Below are positions 44,729 through 54,406 of a stretch of DNA of 64,000 bases, piece by piece. Under the pieces are notes generated by a model. It was not told the origin of the DNA. It was given only the letters and a program-made list of their open reading frames with translations, and ran no database searches. Position 1 is the stretch's first letter. Each line of letters opens with the position of its first letter. Origin of the DNA: an uncultured Actinomycetes bacterium (GTDB lineage: Bacteria; Actinomycetota; UBA4738; HRBIN12). The position numbers and the translations under genes were made by a program. The stretch is taken from contig CAWEPH010000004.1 in NCBI GenBank assembly GCA_963810915.1, forward strand, positions 67,788 through 131,787, written 5' to 3'.

Positions 44729-45852
44729 TGCCTCGGCGGCGGCCGCGTCCTGCTCCCGTCGCCGTCGCGCTGATCGGCGCGGGCAGCGCGTCGAGGGCCT
44801 ACCTGCGCACGCTCGACGCGCTCGTCGCCGCCGGCGACGCCGTCGAGGGCCTGGTCTGCGATCGCCGGGCGAAGACGCGACGTGAGCTCGTCGCGCGACG
44901 GCCGGCCACGCGCGCGGTCGCCGACGACGACGACGTGCTCTCGAGCGACGCCGACCTGATCGTGATCACCACGGCTCCGGCCACGCATGCGGCGCTCACT
45001 CGGCAGGCGCTCGAGGCCGGGAAGCACGTCGTGGTGGAGAAGCCGTTCGCCTCCAACCCCGATGAGGGCCGGGAGCTCGCGGAGCTCGCCCGGGCGCGCG
45101 ACCTCCTGCTCGCGGTCGCACCGTTCGTTCAGCTCTCACCGGCGTTCGCGATGTTGGGAGCGTGGGTGCGGGAAGGCGCCCTCGGCCGGATCCACTCGGC
45201 GCGTGCGATGTACGGCAATCCGGGGTCCACGTGGGCCTCGTGGTATCACACGTCGGGGGTCGGCCCTCTCGGCGACATCGCGATCTACAACCTCAAGTCG
45301 CTGACGGCGCTGCTGGGTCCGGTCCGCGAGGTCCGCTGCCTGCAGTCACGATCCGACATCGAGCGGGACATCCTGAAGGGGCGCGAGCCCGATCCCGACG
45401 TGGTGCACGCCGTGCTCACCCACGAACAGGGCACGACCTCGGTGGTGATGGCGAGCCACGCGGTCTGGGCCTACCGCCGTCCCGCGATCGAGCTGTACGG
45501 CAGCGACGGCACCGCGAACCTGCTCGGTGACGATTGGGACCCCGAAGGGATCGAGGTGTACCGGACGGAGTGGGGCCACTGGCGCGACTACCCGAGCCCT
45601 GACCGGACGTGGAACTGGACCGACGGACTACGCAGCGCGGTGGAGGCGCTCCGCTCGGGGCGATGGGCGGCGTTCAGCCTCGACCACGACGTCCACATCC
45701 TCGACGTGGTGGACGCGTGCCGTCGCTCCGCGGCCGCCGACGGAGCGATGGTCACGGTGACGTCGGGGTTCGAAGACCTGCAGTTGCCCGACGTGGCCAC
45801 CGTCGCCGGGACGCACGTCCACGACCACACCCGGCCACCCGACGAACAGTGA
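44728..45852 (+). CDS. Gfo/Idh/MocA-family oxidoreductase
   Basis: GTG at 44728 overlaps the SBP stop (TAGTG). VAVALIGAGSASRAYL (Rossmann), GKHVVVEKPFA (EKP motif). Confidence 0.8.
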   Translation: MPRRRPRPAPVAVALIGAGSASRAYLRTLDALVAAGDAVEGLVCDRRAKTRRELVARRPATRAVADDDDVLSSDADLIVITTAPATHAALTRQALEAGKHVVVEKPFASNPDEGRELAELARARDLLLAVAPFVQLSPAFAMLGAWVREGALGRIHSARAMYGNPGSTWASWYHTSGVGPLGDIAIYNLKSLTALLGPVREVRCLQSRSDIERDILKGREPDPDVVHAVLTHEQGTTSVVMASHAVWAYRRPAIELYGSDGTANLLGDDWDPEGIEVYRTEWGHWRDYPSPDRTWNWTDGLRSAVEALRSGRWAAFSLDHDVHILDVVDACRRSAAADGAMVTVTSGFEDLQLPDVATVAGTHVHDHTRPPDEQ

Positions 45853-45856
45853 CCCG

Positions 45857-46813
45857 ATGCACGGCATGACGACGTTCGGATCGGGGATCGCGGTCGGGAT
45901 CGATGTCGGCGGCACGAAGACGGCGGTCGGGCTCGTCGAGCTGGACGGCGGGTCCATCTCGGCTCTCCGGGAGATCGACTCCCACGCCGAGCAGGGGTCC
46001 GACGCGCTGCATCGGCGTCTGCGGCCCGTCGTGGAGGAGTTGGTCGCCGGCTCGGCGATCCGTCCGGAGGGTGTGGGGGTCGTCGTCCCGGAGCTCGTAT
46101 CGCCGTTCGGTGAGGTGCTGACCGACGTCGTGATCCCCGGGATGGTCGGGGACCTGGCCTCGGCGTGGGCGGACCTCGGCGTGCGCGCCGTCGAGGCGGA
46201 CGTGCGCGCGGCGGCGCTCGCCGAGGGGTGCTTCGGGCACGGCTCCGGGCTCGCTTCCTTCGCCTATGTGTCGGTGGGAACCGGGATCAGTTGCTGTTTC
46301 GTACTGGACGGCCGCCCTTGGGCGGGTGCGAACGGCGCGGCGATCCTCCTGGGCAGCGGCATGCTCGTCGAAGGGTCGGGCAGCACGCCCGATCCGGGCG
46401 TCCGGCCACTCGAGGCCTTCGCGGGCGGTCCTGCCCTCGTCGAGCGCTACCGCGAGAGCGGCGGGATCGCGTCTTCCGCACGGGATGTCCTCGAGCGCTG
46501 CGCGGACGATCCGTTGGCACGAGACGTCGTCATCTCCGCCGGCTCGGCACTCGGGCGAGGGATCGCCGAACTCGTGAACCTGCTCGATCCGGCCGTTGTC
46601 GTGCTCGGTGGTGGCCTCGGTTCGGCGGCGGGTCCCTATCGGGACGCGGTGGTCGAAGCCGCACGCGCGGCCATCTGGGCCGATGCGGCCAGGGCGGTCC
46701 CGATCCTGTCGTCCGCGATCGGGCCCCACGCCGGCGTGGTGGGCGCCGCCCTCGTATCACGGTCGGCCCTCGACGAAGTGGGTCCCCCGCCTGAGGGTCC
46801 ACCCTCCGGGTAG
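45857..46813 (+). CDS. ROK-family sugar kinase/regulator-like protein
   Basis: IAVGIDVGGTKTAVGLVE (ROK/ASKHA phosphate-1 motif), VVLGGGLG. Confidence 0.75.
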   Translation: MHGMTTFGSGIAVGIDVGGTKTAVGLVELDGGSISALREIDSHAEQGSDALHRRLRPVVEELVAGSAIRPEGVGVVVPELVSPFGEVLTDVVIPGMVGDLASAWADLGVRAVEADVRAAALAEGCFGHGSGLASFAYVSVGTGISCCFVLDGRPWAGANGAAILLGSGMLVEGSGSTPDPGVRPLEAFAGGPALVERYRESGGIASSARDVLERCADDPLARDVVISAGSALGRGIAELVNLLDPAVVVLGGGLGSAAGPYRDAVVEAARAAIWADAARAVPILSSAIGPHAGVVGAALVSRSALDEVGPPPEGPPSG

Positions 46814-46815
46814 AC

Positions 46816-46834
46816 GTGCGGGGCGGCCCCGCTT
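46816..46834 (+). terminator. weak GC hairpin just after the ROK stop codon
   Basis: GCGGGGCGGCCCCGC (46818-46832) followed only by TT. No clear U-tract. Confidence 0.25.
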
Positions 46835-47008
46835 GCGAGCCCGCCGACGCCGCGTTGTCCGCCGTTCGATTGCCAGATCTGCCCACGACACACGATGTTC
46901 GTGCACCGAGTGTCGTCACGTCGGGTGATCACCCTGGAACGGTCGCGTAAGCCCGACTCTTACGTGGTTCCTCTGTTCCTCCCACCGCTGGTGGTTCCTA
47001 CGGTCGTC

Positions 47009-47028
47009 TCGCCCATGCGCATGGGCGA
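47009..47028. promoter_or_regulatory. perfect 20-bp palindrome TCGCCCATGCGCATGGGCGA upstream of the sugar dehydrogenase gene
   Basis: Read directly from the sequence; lies 41 nt upstream of the ATG at 47069. Could be a protein-binding site or an RNA hairpin. Confidence 0.3.
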
Positions 47029-47068
47029 CCCACCGGAACCACACGAAGCAGGAGATCGGGGGAGCAAG

Positions 47069-48211
47069 ATGCAGATCAGCAGATGCGATCGGGAGTCGGT
47101 GCGTTCGAGGAGGCATGGCCACGAACGGCTCGGTCAACGTGCCATCTCGGTCCTCGTGTTCGCGCTGCTCCTGGGCCAAGCGTTCGCTCACGCCGGCACC
47201 GCAGAGGCGAAGCTGGTCGGGCGGAGGGTGGTGAGCGGCGTCCAGCAGTCGGTCGCGTTCACCATCTCGAGTGGCGGCCAGATCTGGGTGGTGGAGAAGG
47301 CGCAGGGGAACATCCTGGTCTTCAATCCCAAGTCAGGCGGGCATCATCTCTTCTTCCATGTGTCGGGCGTGTCGGCGCAGGTCGAGCAGGGTCTCGTCGG
47401 GATCGCGCTCCACCCCGGCTTCCCGCGGGTCCCCTGGGTGTACGTGTTCGCGACCCGTTCGGTCGGGGGACGCCTGCTGGACCAGATCTTGAGGATCCGT
47501 TCGGTCCACGAGCATGGACGGGACATGCACGTCATGTTCTCGGCGCGAGCGAGCTCCCTTCATGAACACTCCGGCGGGCGGATCCTGTTCGGGCCGGACC
47601 GGATGCTCTACGTGTTCATGGGCGACGCGGCCTCGCCGGCCAGCGCCCAATCCCCGCACTCCGCCCGCGGGAAGATCCTGCGCATGACGCCGTTCGGGGC
47701 GATCCCGAAGGACAACCCCAGCCGGCACTCGCGCATCTACGCGCGCGGGTTCAGGAACTCGTTCGGCATGGGCTTCGACCCACGAACCCGCCGCCTCTGG
47801 GAGACCGAGAACGGTCCCGAGTGCAACGACGAACTCAACCTCGTGCGGCGCGGGGGGAACTTCGGGTGGGGTCCGTCCGCGACATGCAGCGGAAGCTCGC
47901 CACGCGACACGAATCAGGACGGGCCGGATCCCGTACTTCCTCAGCGCTGGTACACGCCGACCATCGCGCCGACGGGTCTGGCGTTCTGCAGCGGATGCGG
48001 TCTCGGACCGAAGAGCGAGGGCGCGTTGTTCTTCGGCGCGTACAAGACCGGCGAGATCCGGCGTGTACGACTCTCACCCGATCGGAAGAGGGTGGTGAGG
48101 GTCGACGTGCTCGGTCGACCCGCCCGCTCGATCCTCTCCGTCGAGGTTGGTCCGAACGGGACGCTCTACTACAGCACCTACATCGGCGTCTACCGACTGG
48201 TATCCAGGTGA
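47069..48211 (+). CDS. PQQ-type soluble glucose/sorbosone dehydrogenase (SGDH beta-propeller), secreted
   Basis: ATG at 47069 after GGAGATCGGGGGAG. Signal-like AISVLVFALLLGQAFAHAGTAEA. HSGGRILFGPDRMLYV, GKILRM...IPKDNP, RNSFGMGFDP, NGPECNDELN...GGNFGWG. Confidence 0.8.
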   Translation: MQISRCDRESVRSRRHGHERLGQRAISVLVFALLLGQAFAHAGTAEAKLVGRRVVSGVQQSVAFTISSGGQIWVVEKAQGNILVFNPKSGGHHLFFHVSGVSAQVEQGLVGIALHPGFPRVPWVYVFATRSVGGRLLDQILRIRSVHEHGRDMHVMFSARASSLHEHSGGRILFGPDRMLYVFMGDAASPASAQSPHSARGKILRMTPFGAIPKDNPSRHSRIYARGFRNSFGMGFDPRTRRLWETENGPECNDELNLVRRGGNFGWGPSATCSGSSPRDTNQDGPDPVLPQRWYTPTIAPTGLAFCSGCGLGPKSEGALFFGAYKTGEIRRVRLSPDRKRVVRVDVLGRPARSILSVEVGPNGTLYYSTYIGVYRLVSR

Positions 48212-48214
48212 GCA
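47648..48214 (+). repeat. source copy of the about 568-bp duplication found at 21104-21672
   Basis: Shared sequence runs from CAATCCCCG to GTGAGCAG. Only a few substitutions (for example RWY versus RRY) plus one indel. Confidence 0.85.
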
Positions 48215-48317
48215 GAGTCGAGGCCGCGCGACGAAGCAGGGGGCGCTGCCTCGAGGAAAGGCCGTCGATGCAACTCGTCATCGGCTAGCTTGCGGGTCGA
48301 CGACTCCGTAGGCTGAC

Positions 48318-51300
48318 GTGGTGCGTTGTGCCACCTGCGGCTCGGACTGCCCGCCGGAGGCGCGCTTCTGCATGTCGTGCGGCGCCGAGGTTCCCCGGGA
48401 CGACGGGCTCGAGGTCCGGAAGACCGTGACGATCCTCTTCTCCGATGTGGTTGGTTCCACGGCGATGGGCGACGCGCTGGATCCCGAGGCCGTGCGCCGG
48501 GTGATGGGGCAGTACTTCGACGCGTGTCACTCGGTGATCGAGTTCCACGGTGGCACCATCGAGAAGTTCATCGGGGACGCCGTCATGGCCGTGTTCGGCG
48601 TGCCGGTCGTCCACGAGGATGACGCGATGCGCGCGATGCGAGCTGCCGACGGGATCCGAGAAGCGCTCGCACGCCTCAACGAGGACTTCGAGCGTCAGCA
48701 CGGAGTGCGGCTCGTGGTCCGCACAGGGATCAACACCGGCGAGGTGATGGCGGGCGATCCGGGGGCAGGCCAGCCCTTCGTGAGCGGCGACGCGGTCAAC
48801 GTGGCCGCCCGGCTGGAGCAGGTAGCCCCGCCCGGTGAGATCCTGCTCTCCGGCTCGACGCTCGGATTGGTCCGCGACGCGGTCGACGTCGAACCCGTCG
48901 AGCCGCTGGCGCTCAAGGGGAAGCCTGAGGCGTTCGCCGCGTTCCGTCTGGTCTCCGTCGATGCCGCGGGTGAGGGCGTCGCTCGGCGGTCTGAAGAGGC
49001 GCTGGTGGGGCGCTCTGAGGAGCTCTCCCAACTGGTGCAGGCGTGCGAACGCGCCATCGATCAGCGTCGATGCTGGATGGTCACCGTGATCGGTGAGCCC
49101 GGGGTGGGCAAGTCCCGCCTGGTCGATGCGTTGGCAGAGCTCGTCGCCCCACGCGCCACGGTCCTGCGGGGGAGGTGTCTGAGCTACGGCACGGGGATCA
49201 CCTTCTTCCCCGCCGCCGAGATCGTGGCGCAGGTGATCGGGTCGGGCGAGGACGACACGTCCAGCGAGATCCGGGAGAAGATCGAGCGAGCGATCGCCGA
49301 TACGGACGACGGTCCGCTGGTGTCGACCAGGTTGCTCCGCATGCTCGGTCTCGGGACCGAGGATTCGCAGGGAGCCCCCGAGGAGATCTACTGGGCGGTC
49401 CGCAAGCTGCTCGAGAGCGCGGCGCGGCACGCGCCCGTCGTGGCGGTGATCGACGACATCCAGTGGGCCGAACCGGCGTTGCTGGATCTGCTGGAGCACG
49501 TATGCGATCTCTCACACGAGGCGCCGATCGTGCTGGTGTGCATGACTCGGCCCGACATCGTCGACGTGCGACCCGGGTGGGGTGCGGGCCGAGCGAACGC
49601 GTCGGCCATCGTGCTAGAACCCTTGGGCGAACGGGATTCCCACGCCTTGGCGGAGCAGCTGATGGCGGGGAGCAACTTCGATAAGGACGTCACCGGCCGC
49701 ATCCTGGAGGCTGCCCAGGGCAACCCGCTGTTCATCGAACAGGTCATCGCGCATCTCGTGGACCAGCGGATCGTGGATGCGACGGCGGTCGGCGACCGGG
49801 AGGAGGTCACGATCCCCGGCTCGTTGACGGCGTTGCTGGAAGCGCGGCTCGACAGTCTTTCCGATCTCCAGCGAGCGGTGCTCCAGCGCGGTTCGATCGA
49901 AGGGCAGGTCTTCCACCGCGGAGCCGTCTCGACGCTGTTGCCGAGCGACCTTCGCAGCGAGGTCGCCTCGTCGTTCGGTCCCTTGATGCAGAAGGAGTTC
50001 ATCTCGCCCGGAGAGGCTGAGCTCGCAGGGGAGGACGCGTTCCGATTCCGGCACCTGTTGATCAAGGACGCGGCCTACCGCGCCTTGCCCAAGGAGACGA
50101 GAGCTGAACTCCATGAGCGCCTGGCCGACTGGCTCGAGGACGTTGCCGGTCCTCGGCTCCCCGAACTGGAGGAGATCGTCGCCTATCACCTGGAGGCGGC
50201 GTTCCGCTACCGGGAGGAGCTGGGGAGCGCGGACGCGGCCTCCGCGTTGGCTCATCGCGCGGCCGCGCGGTTCGCGGCCGCCGGCGAACGGGCGAGCAAG
50301 CGAGGCGACGTCGGCGCGGCCACTTCGCTCCTGGGGAGGGCCGTCGAACTGGGCGATCTTGGGCAACACGATCGTGTGCGCGTGCTCCTGAAGCTCGCGA
50401 ACGTCGCGGAGTTGGCCGCCCAGACGGACATCGCCAGGACGGCATGGGGCGAGATCGACGCGGAGATGTCCACCACCTCGGATGATCCTCTCCGCGCCGC
50501 CGTCATGGTGGAGCGCCTGAACACGGCGCTCTTGGACGAGGCCGATCTCGATTGGCCTGCCACCGCCCGTGCTGAGACCGATGTGGCGATCCCGATCCTC
50601 GAACGTTCAGGGGACGATCGCGGGCTCGCCACCGCGTACTTCGTGCGAGGGAACGCCGATTGGATCGACGAGCGGATATCAGCTGCGACCTCCGCCTGGG
50701 AACTCGCGGCCGACCGGGCGCGCCGGGCGGGCGATGCGTCGCTCGAAGCTGAAGCCCTCAGTTGGATAGGCGTGGCCTGGACCTTCGGGGCAACGCCGGC
50801 GGACGAAGCGGTGTCCCAACTCCAGACTCTCTCGGCCCGAGTGGCCGGTGTGGCAATGGCCGAAGGCACGGTGGACTGTGCACTTTCGATAAGTCTGGCG
50901 ATCCGGGGCGACGATCTCGAAGCCAGCGCGGTTGCGGATCGAGGCAAGGAGCTGTGGCGAGAGTATGGCCTCCACTTCTACCTCGCTCATTTCGCGAGTC
51001 AGAGCGATGCGTGGGTCGCGCGATGTCGTGGGGATCCGGACGCCGAATCACGCGCCTGGCGGGAGGGCTTCGAGGCGAGTCGGCGCATCGATCAGGAGAA
51101 CGAGTTCCTCGCCGTCAACCTCGCCAAGCTGCTGGCGGCCAGAGGCGATCCCGACCGGGCCACCCGACTCATGGATTCGGTTGCACACATCGCTTCCCCT
51201 GGCAATCGGCAGGTACACAACCTGTGGGTCGAGGCCTCAGCGATCGCCGCCGCGCGCCACGGGAAGGCAGACGAGGCCCGTCGGGCTTGTGCCGAGATCG

Positions 51301-51509
51301 CCGAGGCCATCGAGAACACCGAGTTCATCATCGGGGCAGCGGACGGTTCCATGACGATCGCGCTCGTCGACCGGCTGCTCCAAGACAACGCGGGCTGCGA
51401 CGCGGCCCTCGGAAGGGCACTCGACCTCTACCGAGTGAAGGGTGCAACCGCGTTGATCGCCCAAGCGGAGCGGTGGCGGAGCGAGCCGGTCCCTCCGACG
51501 GCGGCCTAA
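48318..51509 (+). CDS. zinc-ribbon + class III cyclase + STAND/AAA ATPase + TPR signalling protein
   Basis: VRCATCGSDCPPEARFCMSCG. ILFSDVVGSTAMGD, EKFIGDAVMAVFGVP, SGDAVNVAARLE. P-loop GEPGVGKSRLV, VAVIDDIQWAE. Confidence 0.85.
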   Translation: MVRCATCGSDCPPEARFCMSCGAEVPRDDGLEVRKTVTILFSDVVGSTAMGDALDPEAVRRVMGQYFDACHSVIEFHGGTIEKFIGDAVMAVFGVPVVHEDDAMRAMRAADGIREALARLNEDFERQHGVRLVVRTGINTGEVMAGDPGAGQPFVSGDAVNVAARLEQVAPPGEILLSGSTLGLVRDAVDVEPVEPLALKGKPEAFAAFRLVSVDAAGEGVARRSEEALVGRSEELSQLVQACERAIDQRRCWMVTVIGEPGVGKSRLVDALAELVAPRATVLRGRCLSYGTGITFFPAAEIVAQVIGSGEDDTSSEIREKIERAIADTDDGPLVSTRLLRMLGLGTEDSQGAPEEIYWAVRKLLESAARHAPVVAVIDDIQWAEPALLDLLEHVCDLSHEAPIVLVCMTRPDIVDVRPGWGAGRANASAIVLEPLGERDSHALAEQLMAGSNFDKDVTGRILEAAQGNPLFIEQVIAHLVDQRIVDATAVGDREEVTIPGSLTALLEARLDSLSDLQRAVLQRGSIEGQVFHRGAVSTLLPSDLRSEVASSFGPLMQKEFISPGEAELAGEDAFRFRHLLIKDAAYRALPKETRAELHERLADWLEDVAGPRLPELEEIVAYHLEAAFRYREELGSADAASALAHRAAARFAAAGERASKRGDVGAATSLLGRAVELGDLGQHDRVRVLLKLANVAELAAQTDIARTAWGEIDAEMSTTSDDPLRAAVMVERLNTALLDEADLDWPATARAETDVAIPILERSGDDRGLATAYFVRGNADWIDERISAATSAWELAADRARRAGDASLEAEALSWIGVAWTFGATPADEAVSQLQTLSARVAGVAMAEGTVDCALSISLAIRGDDLEASAVADRGKELWREYGLHFYLAHFASQSDAWVARCRGDPDAESRAWREGFEASRRIDQENEFLAVNLAKLLAARGDPDRATRLMDSVAHIASPGNRQVHNLWVEASAIAAARHGKADEARRACAEIAEAIENTEFIIGAADGSMTIALVDRLLQDNAGCDAALGRALDLYRVKGATALIAQAERWRSEPVPPTAA

Positions 51510-51613
51510 GCTGGCGCGCCTCAGGGCACTGCAAGCGGCGTGCTGGATCGTGTAGTAACGCGCGGAAGAGCTCGTGACCGCCGTGACGATCTTGCTGTGA
51601 ACCTGTCGCAGCC

Positions 51614-52576
51614 ATGGAAGCTTCGTCCTCCGGGAACGACACTCGCGTCGTGTCGACTGAGCGACCCCCCGAAGTTCCCTCCGAGCCACCGCGGCGCGGC
51701 GCCTCGCTCCCGATGGTCGTCCTGGGGTTCGCATGCATCGGTGGATGCGCGGGCATGGCCGTCGGGGCTTGGGGCGGGATGAACGCGCTCGGGATGGAGC
51801 TGCCCGACCACGCCGACCTCCTGCCCTTCTGCATGTTGCTCGGCGCCGGCGTGGGGTGGTTGGTAGGTGTTGGCCTCGCATCGATCGTGGGCAAGGGCGC
51901 GCGACCCGCCGGACCGATCGGCCGCAGGTTGGTCCTCTCGGCCGCGGTCATCGTCTCGATCGTCGCGGTCGCGGTGGCGATCTCGCCGACCCCCGTCGGC
52001 TGGCCTCAGGTGCGCATGACCTTCTTCTCGTTATGGCGGATCGATGGGGGGACGTGGTTGGAGATCGCCCTCCTGGCGGACGCGGCGATCGCCGTGGCGA
52101 CCTTCCTCGCCGTGAGCAGGCATCACGACGTTGGGCGGGCCCACGACCCCGGCCGGCTCGCGGGCGCGACCGGCATCGCGGGCCTGGGACTGGGTGCCCT
52201 CGTGTTCCTCCTTGGGACCGGGCTGATGGCACTCACGTGGCAGGATGCGGTCGGTCACCAGAAATACCGTGTCGTCTACCGGACTACGAACAGCCTGGCG
52301 GGCGCCGCATCGAGGCGCGAGGAGCGCACCGGATCGTTCCCCGCGAACCTCGAAGAGGTGCTCGCCGCGGGCGGGAGGATCCAGCCCGGCGCTAAGGTCG
52401 AGTTCGCCGGCGTCGTGAAGGGGTCGTTCTGCGTTCGCGTCGGCGTCGACGAAGGTGAGGGGGACGCCGGCGATCCTCATTACTCCGCCCTGGTGCACAG
52501 CCGTCCACCGGGATCGAACGCATGGATCGGCTCCGAGACGTGGGCGGGCAACTCCTGCGCGTCGCTACAAGGTTGA
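51614..52576 (+). CDS. hypothetical polytopic membrane protein with soluble C-terminal domain
   Basis: Hydrophobic segments MVVLGFACIGGCAGMAVGAWGG, FCMLLGAGVGWLVGVGLASIV, LVLSAAVIVSIVAVAVAI, LEIALLADAAIAVATFLAV, GIAGLGLGALVFLLGTGLMAL. No family recognised. Confidence 0.5.
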   Translation: MEASSSGNDTRVVSTERPPEVPSEPPRRGASLPMVVLGFACIGGCAGMAVGAWGGMNALGMELPDHADLLPFCMLLGAGVGWLVGVGLASIVGKGARPAGPIGRRLVLSAAVIVSIVAVAVAISPTPVGWPQVRMTFFSLWRIDGGTWLEIALLADAAIAVATFLAVSRHHDVGRAHDPGRLAGATGIAGLGLGALVFLLGTGLMALTWQDAVGHQKYRVVYRTTNSLAGAASRREERTGSFPANLEEVLAAGGRIQPGAKVEFAGVVKGSFCVRVGVDEGEGDAGDPHYSALVHSRPPGSNAWIGSETWAGNSCASLQG

Positions 52577-52595
52577 GCGCCGCCGGCGGGCCGGC

Positions 52596-52775
52596 CTATC
52601 GGTGCTCGTGTTCGGTCTCCCCCTTGGCGACCTCGACCGTGGCGACCAGGTTCCGCACGGCCTCATCGAGCCCCATCGAGTCGGCGCTAGCGCTCCTCTC
52701 GAGGCCCTCGATCGTCAGGTAGTCCGGGTTCCCGTGATCGTCGTGGGGCTGCATGCAACCGCACGTCAGACACAT
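52596..52775 (-). CDS. small Cys/His-rich protein with HypB-like CxxCGC N-terminus (putative metal-binding)
   Basis: GGAAGGAGG then ATGGCCATG; the second ATG (52775) has the better spacing. MCLTCGCMQPHDDHGNPDY...ETEHEHR. Last gene of the ABC-2 operon. Confidence 0.55.
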   Translation of the reverse strand: MCLTCGCMQPHDDHGNPDYLTIEGLERSASADSMGLDEAVRNLVATVEVAKGETEHEHR

Positions 52776-52874
52776 GGCCATCCTCCTTCCACCCGCGGGT
52801 CCGGCATGAGCATCGGCGAACCGGCAACGAGAGGCAACTCCGCCAGCGCGGGCGGTAACTCACGGCACCACCGC

Positions 52875-53564
52875 TCATCGAACGGCCACCGTGCCGATCG
52901 TGAGCTTGCTGGCACCGCCGCCGACCGTGATCTCGTACCGATCGGCCTGCTCGTCGAACCCGTCGGTGTGCAGGCGAACCGGGCCGCCGATCGCGCCGAG
53001 CTGCTGGTCGCCGAACGCGAGCTCCGAGGCGCCGCCGCGGATCTGCAGACGCACCGGCACCTCGTCGGGCCGCAGCAACCGAACGTTGCTCGCGCCCCCG
53101 CCGATCGAGACCGGGACGACCCCGATCGGCGGCGGCAGGAGCACCTCGATCCCGCTGACGCCGCCGCCCACGCGGAACCCGAGCAGTTCGACCCCACGCA
53201 GGTCCGCGTCGACCCCGGCCGCGCCACCGCGCACGTCGATCTCCCACGGTACCGACGTGCTCAGGGTCACCTCGGCCCGGCGGCGCCGCCAGTCGAACGG
53301 TCGGCCCACGCGCGGATAGCGGAACGTGACCGTCTCTCCCGTCATGCTGGTCTTCGGCGCGGATCCCTCGAAGTGCGCACGGAGCATCTGGTCGAGGTCC
53401 GGGTCGGTGCGCAGGGTCAGGTATGCCGTGCCGTTCGCGAACTCGAGCCGGCCGGCCGGTGCCGCACCGAGCGCCACCGAGACGTCGTTGCCGTCCCCCG
53501 AGACCGTCAACGCCTGTCCATTCGTCGCATCGTTCATGTCGCTCATCCTTTCGTCATCATCCAC
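52875..53564 (-). CDS. beta-rich repeat protein with recurring (I/V)(R/G)GGAS units (toast-rack/DUF4097-like guess)
   Basis: VRGGAAGVDADL, VGGGVSGIEVLL, IGGGASNVRLL, IRGGASELAF, VGGGASKLTI. Start uncertain: GTG 53564, ATG 53546 or ATG 53537. Confidence 0.5.
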   Translation of the reverse strand: MDDDERMSDMNDATNGQALTVSGDGNDVSVALGAAPAGRLEFANGTAYLTLRTDPDLDQMLRAHFEGSAPKTSMTGETVTFRYPRVGRPFDWRRRRAEVTLSTSVPWEIDVRGGAAGVDADLRGVELLGFRVGGGVSGIEVLLPPPIGVVPVSIGGGASNVRLLRPDEVPVRLQIRGGASELAFGDQQLGAIGGPVRLHTDGFDEQADRYEITVGGGASKLTIGTVAVR

Positions 53565-54387
53565 GGCGGAACCGCGCGATCGTGAGCGGCGCGAAGACCG
53601 CCACGAACGCGACGGTCCACAGCAGCGATCGCGTCACGTAGAAGCTCGCCGCATGGCCGAGCGCCGCCTCCGCGCCCGGCCCCAGGGTCAGCGCCCGCAC
53701 CGCGTCCACCATGTACGTCACGGGGGAGTGCTGCGCCACCGCTTGGAGCCAGCCCGGCAGCGTCGCCACGGGCACGTACGCGCTCGAGACGAACGCGAAG
53801 GGGACCACCAGCAACCCCGCCGCCTGCGCGGCCTGCGCGTTCCCCGCGTACATACCCGCACACATGAACATCCAACCCATCGCACATCCGAAGATCACGC
53901 ACAGGCCGAACGCCGCGAGCCCCTGGGCGACGCTCCCGTGCAGGCGGAAGCCCACCAGGTAGCCGACCGCGACACCGATCGCGAGGTTCCACACGAGGAT
54001 GCCGGTGTCCGCGAGAAACCGCCCGAGGAGGACGGAGGCCCGGGGGATCGGCAGCGACCGCAGCCGGTCGACGAACCCCTGCTCCATGTCCTCCGCGATC
54101 CCCACCGCGAGGCCTCCGCCCACGAACAGCACCCCGGTGGCGATGAACCCCGGCACCACGAAGTCGACGTAGGTGACGCCGCCCTCCGCCCCGATCGCGC
54201 CGCCGAACACGTAGCGGAACAGCACCAGGAACAGCGCCATCTGGATGCTCCCCAACACGACCCACTGCGGCGTGCGGAGGAACTTCAGGAAGGCCCGCCG
54301 AGCCACCACGATCGTGCTCGCCACCAGGCCGGCCCCGCCATCGCCCGTGTCGATCGCCGTCTGCGTCATCGCCGTCATCGTCGTCAT
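53557..54387 (-). CDS. ABC-2 type exporter permease (DrrB-like)
   Basis: Six TM segments. FLKFLRTPQWVVLGSIQMALFLVLFRYVFGG is a typical ABC-2 N-terminus. Confidence 0.8.
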   Translation of the reverse strand: MTTMTAMTQTAIDTGDGGAGLVASTIVVARRAFLKFLRTPQWVVLGSIQMALFLVLFRYVFGGAIGAEGGVTYVDFVVPGFIATGVLFVGGGLAVGIAEDMEQGFVDRLRSLPIPRASVLLGRFLADTGILVWNLAIGVAVGYLVGFRLHGSVAQGLAAFGLCVIFGCAMGWMFMCAGMYAGNAQAAQAAGLLVVPFAFVSSAYVPVATLPGWLQAVAQHSPVTYMVDAVRALTLGPGAEAALGHAASFYVTRSLLWTVAFVAVFAPLTIARFRRG

Positions 54388-54406
54388 CGTGTCGTCTCCT
54401 TCCTCG

